Positions 61,494 through 64,000 of a stretch of 64,000 nucleotides of DNA are shown one piece after another. The notes under the pieces were generated by a model. It had not been told where the DNA came from. It searched no databases and saw only the letters and a program-made list of their open reading frames with translations. The stretch is from the IMG/VR virus record IMGVR_UViG_3300008108_000006; one strand, 5' to 3'. Made by a program: the position numbers and the translations under genes. Source of the stretch: a virus. Taxonomy: Duplodnaviria > Heunggongvirae > Uroviricota > Caudoviricetes. Within the stretch, counting starts at the first letter, position 1, and every line of letters starts with the position of its first letter.

Positions 61494-61697
61494 TTGGTTA
61501 TTCTACACCGGGTCGGTCAGGACAAATAACCTTGGAACAGAAGTCCGTAGTTGTAGTTTAGGTTGATACTCTAAAAATCAACCACCACTTTTACCCGTTT
61601 ATATGGAAAATGAAAATGGAATATTTCGGAATGTTGAGAACCAACATTGACCTATAAGTGTAGTATGTTATTGGTTTGTCTAAACAGGACGTGGGTT

Positions 61698-61921
61698 TAA
61701 TTTCGGACCCATCTCGTAGTGATATGAGATTAAAAATCGGATGAATTCAGGGGACTCTAAATTCGTGAGAATATGACAATCCTGAGCCAAGCCTAATAGG
61801 AATAGGAAGGTGCAGAGACTATCGGGGGTTACACGCTTGTAACGTAATACCGACTTGAGCGTCCGACATCTCAATGAGATGATGATATAGTCCAAACATT
61901 AAGGAAACTTAATGAGTTATG
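61698..61921 (+). mobile_element. Group I self-splicing intron (224 nt, no ORF) in the tmRNA T-loop
   Basis: P1 with U.G splice-site wobble, P10, P/Q/R/S core (AATTCAGG, AATCCTGAGC, GTGCAGAGACTA, GATATAGTCC), P3, P7, P8, P9 with GAAA loop, terminal G. Confidence 0.93.
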
Positions 61922-61946
61922 CGAATCCCACCGCCTCCACCAAATG

Positions 61947-61977
61947 AAAAACGTCAGATGAACTCTGACGTTTTTTT
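61947..61977. terminator. Bidirectional intrinsic terminator after the tmRNA
   Basis: AAAAACGTCAGA-TGAAC-TCTGACGTTTTTTT. Confidence 0.85.
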
Positions 61978-62548
61978 ATTTACCAAATAATCCTCCATAT
62001 ATCCCCAAAGAATTAAAAGGGTTCAAGGATTTAGATAATTCCTTTGGATCAATTAAATCTGTTATCATATCCATATCAATCGGTGATTCTTTCGGTGTGT
62101 CAATTGTGGGTAGTGCATTACCTTTATTCAAATATAAATAAGGGTCGTATGGGTTACCCGCAACATCTTCAATTTCAAAATGTAAATGAGCACCTGTTGA
62201 TGATCCCCTATGTGGATCATTTTTACCCCCACCACTAATACCTATAACCTCACCCGCCTTCACCATCTTTCCTTTTTGCACTTTAATATCCTTTAAGTGA
62301 CAATATTTTGTATAAAACTTATTACCGTCTTGTGTATGTTTAATCCTAACAAAACCTCCACAATTTTTTTTATCTTGGTATTCGGAATTAACAACTTCAC
62401 CGTCCGCAGCAGATAAAACTTGTGTTCCCGATGGAACTGCAATATCAATCCCTTCATGTTTATGACCTGGTCTTTTAGCACCAAAAGATCTACCGGAAGA
62501 TGGTTTCTGCACAGTTCCTTGAACAGGATTTGTTATCTTAAAATTCAT
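61976..62548 (-). CDS. M23 metallopeptidase (putative endolysin or virion lysin)
   Basis: HEGID, YCHL, STGAHLHFEI. Confidence 0.92.
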   Translation of the reverse strand: MNFKITNPVQGTVQKPSSGRSFGAKRPGHKHEGIDIAVPSGTQVLSAADGEVVNSEYQDKKNCGGFVRIKHTQDGNKFYTKYCHLKDIKVQKGKMVKAGEVIGISGGGKNDPHRGSSTGAHLHFEIEDVAGNPYDPYLYLNKGNALPTIDTPKESPIDMDMITDLIDPKELSKSLNPFNSLGIYGGLFGK

Positions 62549-63171
62549 TAGATGTATTGTTTAATTGACTCAATATCTCTTTTTAACTCGGAAACGATAG
62601 TTTGTGAAAACTGATTATTCTCCAAATAGATTTCAGGAATATCTGAAAACACCCAATCTAATCCGATGTTAGCTACCAAATGTTTTTGGTTATCATAAAC
62701 AGGTATTCCTATATGTGCGTGGGTCCCGAAAGATTTTATCCAAGAACGCATTGTAATATCATCAATTAAATTAACATCAATGAAGTAACAATCATCTTTT
62801 AATAAATTATTATGATACCATGCGAAATTACTGATAAGGACATTTTGATATTTATCTGCGATTCTTTCCAAACCGTCAGAACATCTTTCATACGTAATTG
62901 ATGCTTTTTGCATTGGTGATTCGGTATAGAAGTTTCCACCATTATGATATTGCATAATATACAACCTATCACAATTATATTTTCTTCTCATTTCACGAAG
63001 CGAAAAATGAACCAATTCATCTTTTTGAATTTGTTCAACCAATTTTGATCTTGATCGTTTATCTTTCTGTTTATCTTGATATTTTCTAAAATATCCTCCA
63101 GCGATCAAGGCAACAATTACAGAAGTAACGGACGTAAGTACAACTTTAATAATCTCTAACAATCCTTCCAT
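62548..63171 (-). CDS. Single-TM protein with a GAF-like domain (putative holin, T4 T-like architecture)
   Basis: N-terminal hydrophobic helix then DR-x-YI-x-QYHNGG...IP-x8-IGLDW; coupled to the M23 gene. Confidence 0.55.
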   Translation of the reverse strand: MEGLLEIIKVVLTSVTSVIVALIAGGYFRKYQDKQKDKRSRSKLVEQIQKDELVHFSLREMRRKYNCDRLYIMQYHNGGNFYTESPMQKASITYERCSDGLERIADKYQNVLISNFAWYHNNLLKDDCYFIDVNLIDDITMRSWIKSFGTHAHIGIPVYDNQKHLVANIGLDWVFSDIPEIYLENNQFSQTIVSELKRDIESIKQYI

Positions 63172-63227
63172 TTTTTGAGCACGTTTTAATATATAAATAT
63201 ACTCAAAACATAATTAAATCTCCGAAA

Positions 63228-63392
63228 TCACTCTCTTCGTGAATCTCGTTTGGATCCGTCTTCTTTTCTTTCATTTGTACCCCCCTTTTTATTATTGAAT
63301 TTTTCTCTCTTTTCAAAAACCTTTAAGTTTTTGCTATTAGGATTCAAATCTTCATTTTCTAAATCCAACATTCTAAAATCTACCTTTGGCAT
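63228..63392 (-). CDS. Small hypothetical protein (54 aa)
   Basis: MPKVDFRMLDLENEDLN...SRRE* fills the intergenic gap. Confidence 0.4.
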   Translation of the reverse strand: MPKVDFRMLDLENEDLNPNSKNLKVFEKREKFNNKKGGTNERKEDGSKRDSRRE

Positions 63393-63426
63393 ATCATTAA
63401 AAATATATCAATAATTATCTTGATTG

Positions 63427-64000
63427 TTACAAACTTTCCAAAAATCGGACCATTGATTCAAAATTATAAAAATGATCATCAATGTCTTGGATATCTAAAG
63501 TACCGATGGATAATCTGAACCACCCTTTATTTTCCTTACTTCCGAAGTATTCAAATGGAACCAAACCAATTCCATAGTTATCGATAATAAAATCTAAAAA
63601 TCTCTCAGTGGATTCAAATTCCAAGGACTTTTGAAGATAAATTGATATGTAGATTGCACCATCGGGGTTCAAATAATCAATGCTAAAATTTTGTAATTTT
63701 AAGTAAGATAAAAATTCTGTAAATTTATCAAACACGTCACCGAATTGTTGTTTTTTCTTGGTGAGGAACGATTGATACTCAACATAGGTTTTCAAAAACT
63801 GAGCAACGGCGAGTTGTTCTGGTTTTGGTGCCCACGCCCCAATATGTGAAAAGATCTCCGTCGCTTTTTTGATTACGTGTTCATCGGCAAACATCCACCC
63901 AACCCGAACACCAGTCGCACATAATGATTTTGATATTCCGTCAATATGAATGACATATTTTTTACATTCGGGAACCAATTGTGTTGGACCGAAGAAACCT
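63427..64000 (-). CDS. PLP-dependent class I/II aminotransferase, partial (5' end outside the window)
   Basis: DGISKS-x3-TG-x-RVGW PLP-lysine motif, GAIY, WFRLSIG. Confidence 0.88.
   Translation of the reverse strand, partial: GFFGPTQLVPECKKYVIHIDGISKSLCATGVRVGWMFADEHVIKKATEIFSHIGAWAPKPEQLAVAQFLKTYVEYQSFLTKKKQQFGDVFDKFTEFLSYLKLQNFSIDYLNPDGAIYISIYLQKSLEFESTERFLDFIIDNYGIGLVPFEYFGSKENKGWFRLSIGTLDIQDIDDHFYNFESMVRFLESL

Larger units (their letters stand above)
61338..61942 (+). ncRNA. ssrA: tmRNA (intron-containing; 381 nt after splicing)
   Basis: 5' GGGGGCG pairs with 3' CGCCTCC-ACCA including the G3:U70 alanine determinant; TCGAC near the 5' end; GGAC-GTGGG/TTCGAAT/CCCAC T-arm after intron removal; internal tag ORF. 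Confidence 0.95.

Noticed and set aside
61680-61895. 71-aa antisense ORF over the intron as a possible homing endonuclease
   Set aside because: Wrong strand, no nuclease motif, and it overlaps the structured ribozyme core
61922-61942. Separate tRNA gene or attP fragment
   Set aside because: It is the 3' exon of the tmRNA and pairs with the 5' end at 61338
1-64000. Stop-codon recoding (alternative genetic code)
   Set aside because: Core genes (TerL, portal, MCP, ClpC) are full length under the standard code; the breaks seen are frame changes or deletions, not in-frame TAG/TGA

Overview
AT-rich, densely coding 64-kb segment of a large T4-like (jumbo) phage that most likely infects a Bacteroidota host. 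Host evidence: four TTG-N19/20-TAnnTTTG promoters, no obvious Shine-Dalgarno sites, bS21 and a DUF4494-like gene. Layout: (i) a divergent pair of putative virion genes and a WYL gene (1-4 kb); (ii) a ~27-kb + strand glycan island with about 13 glycosyltransferase-like genes, nucleotide-sugar enzymes (RfbH, CapD-like, RmlD-like, Gmd, Fcl), methyl-/formyl-transferases, a deacetylase, dUTPase, an exonuclease and PhoH; (iii) a gp55-like late sigma factor and baseplate/virion genes; (iv) a - strand head module (TerL, portal, prohead protease, scaffold, major capsid) with an inverted bS21 gene and an HNH gene between duplicated terminators; (v) nucleotidyltransferase, KTSC, ClpC-like ATPase, peptidase, tmRNA, M23 lysin, a holin-like gene and an aminotransferase. 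The strongest finding is a complete 224-nt group I intron in the T-loop of the phage tmRNA, which encodes an atypical 21-aa tag. Other findings: a recurrent TATTTAT motif often 4-6 nt upstream of late-gene ATGs (possible leaderless late promoter), an [ST][GA]xT motif enriched in virion proteins next to the glycan island (candidate O-glycosylation sequon), and three apparent internal deletions (fcl, protease, scaffold) that may be assembly artefacts. All family assignments come from motif recognition by eye; no database searches were run.
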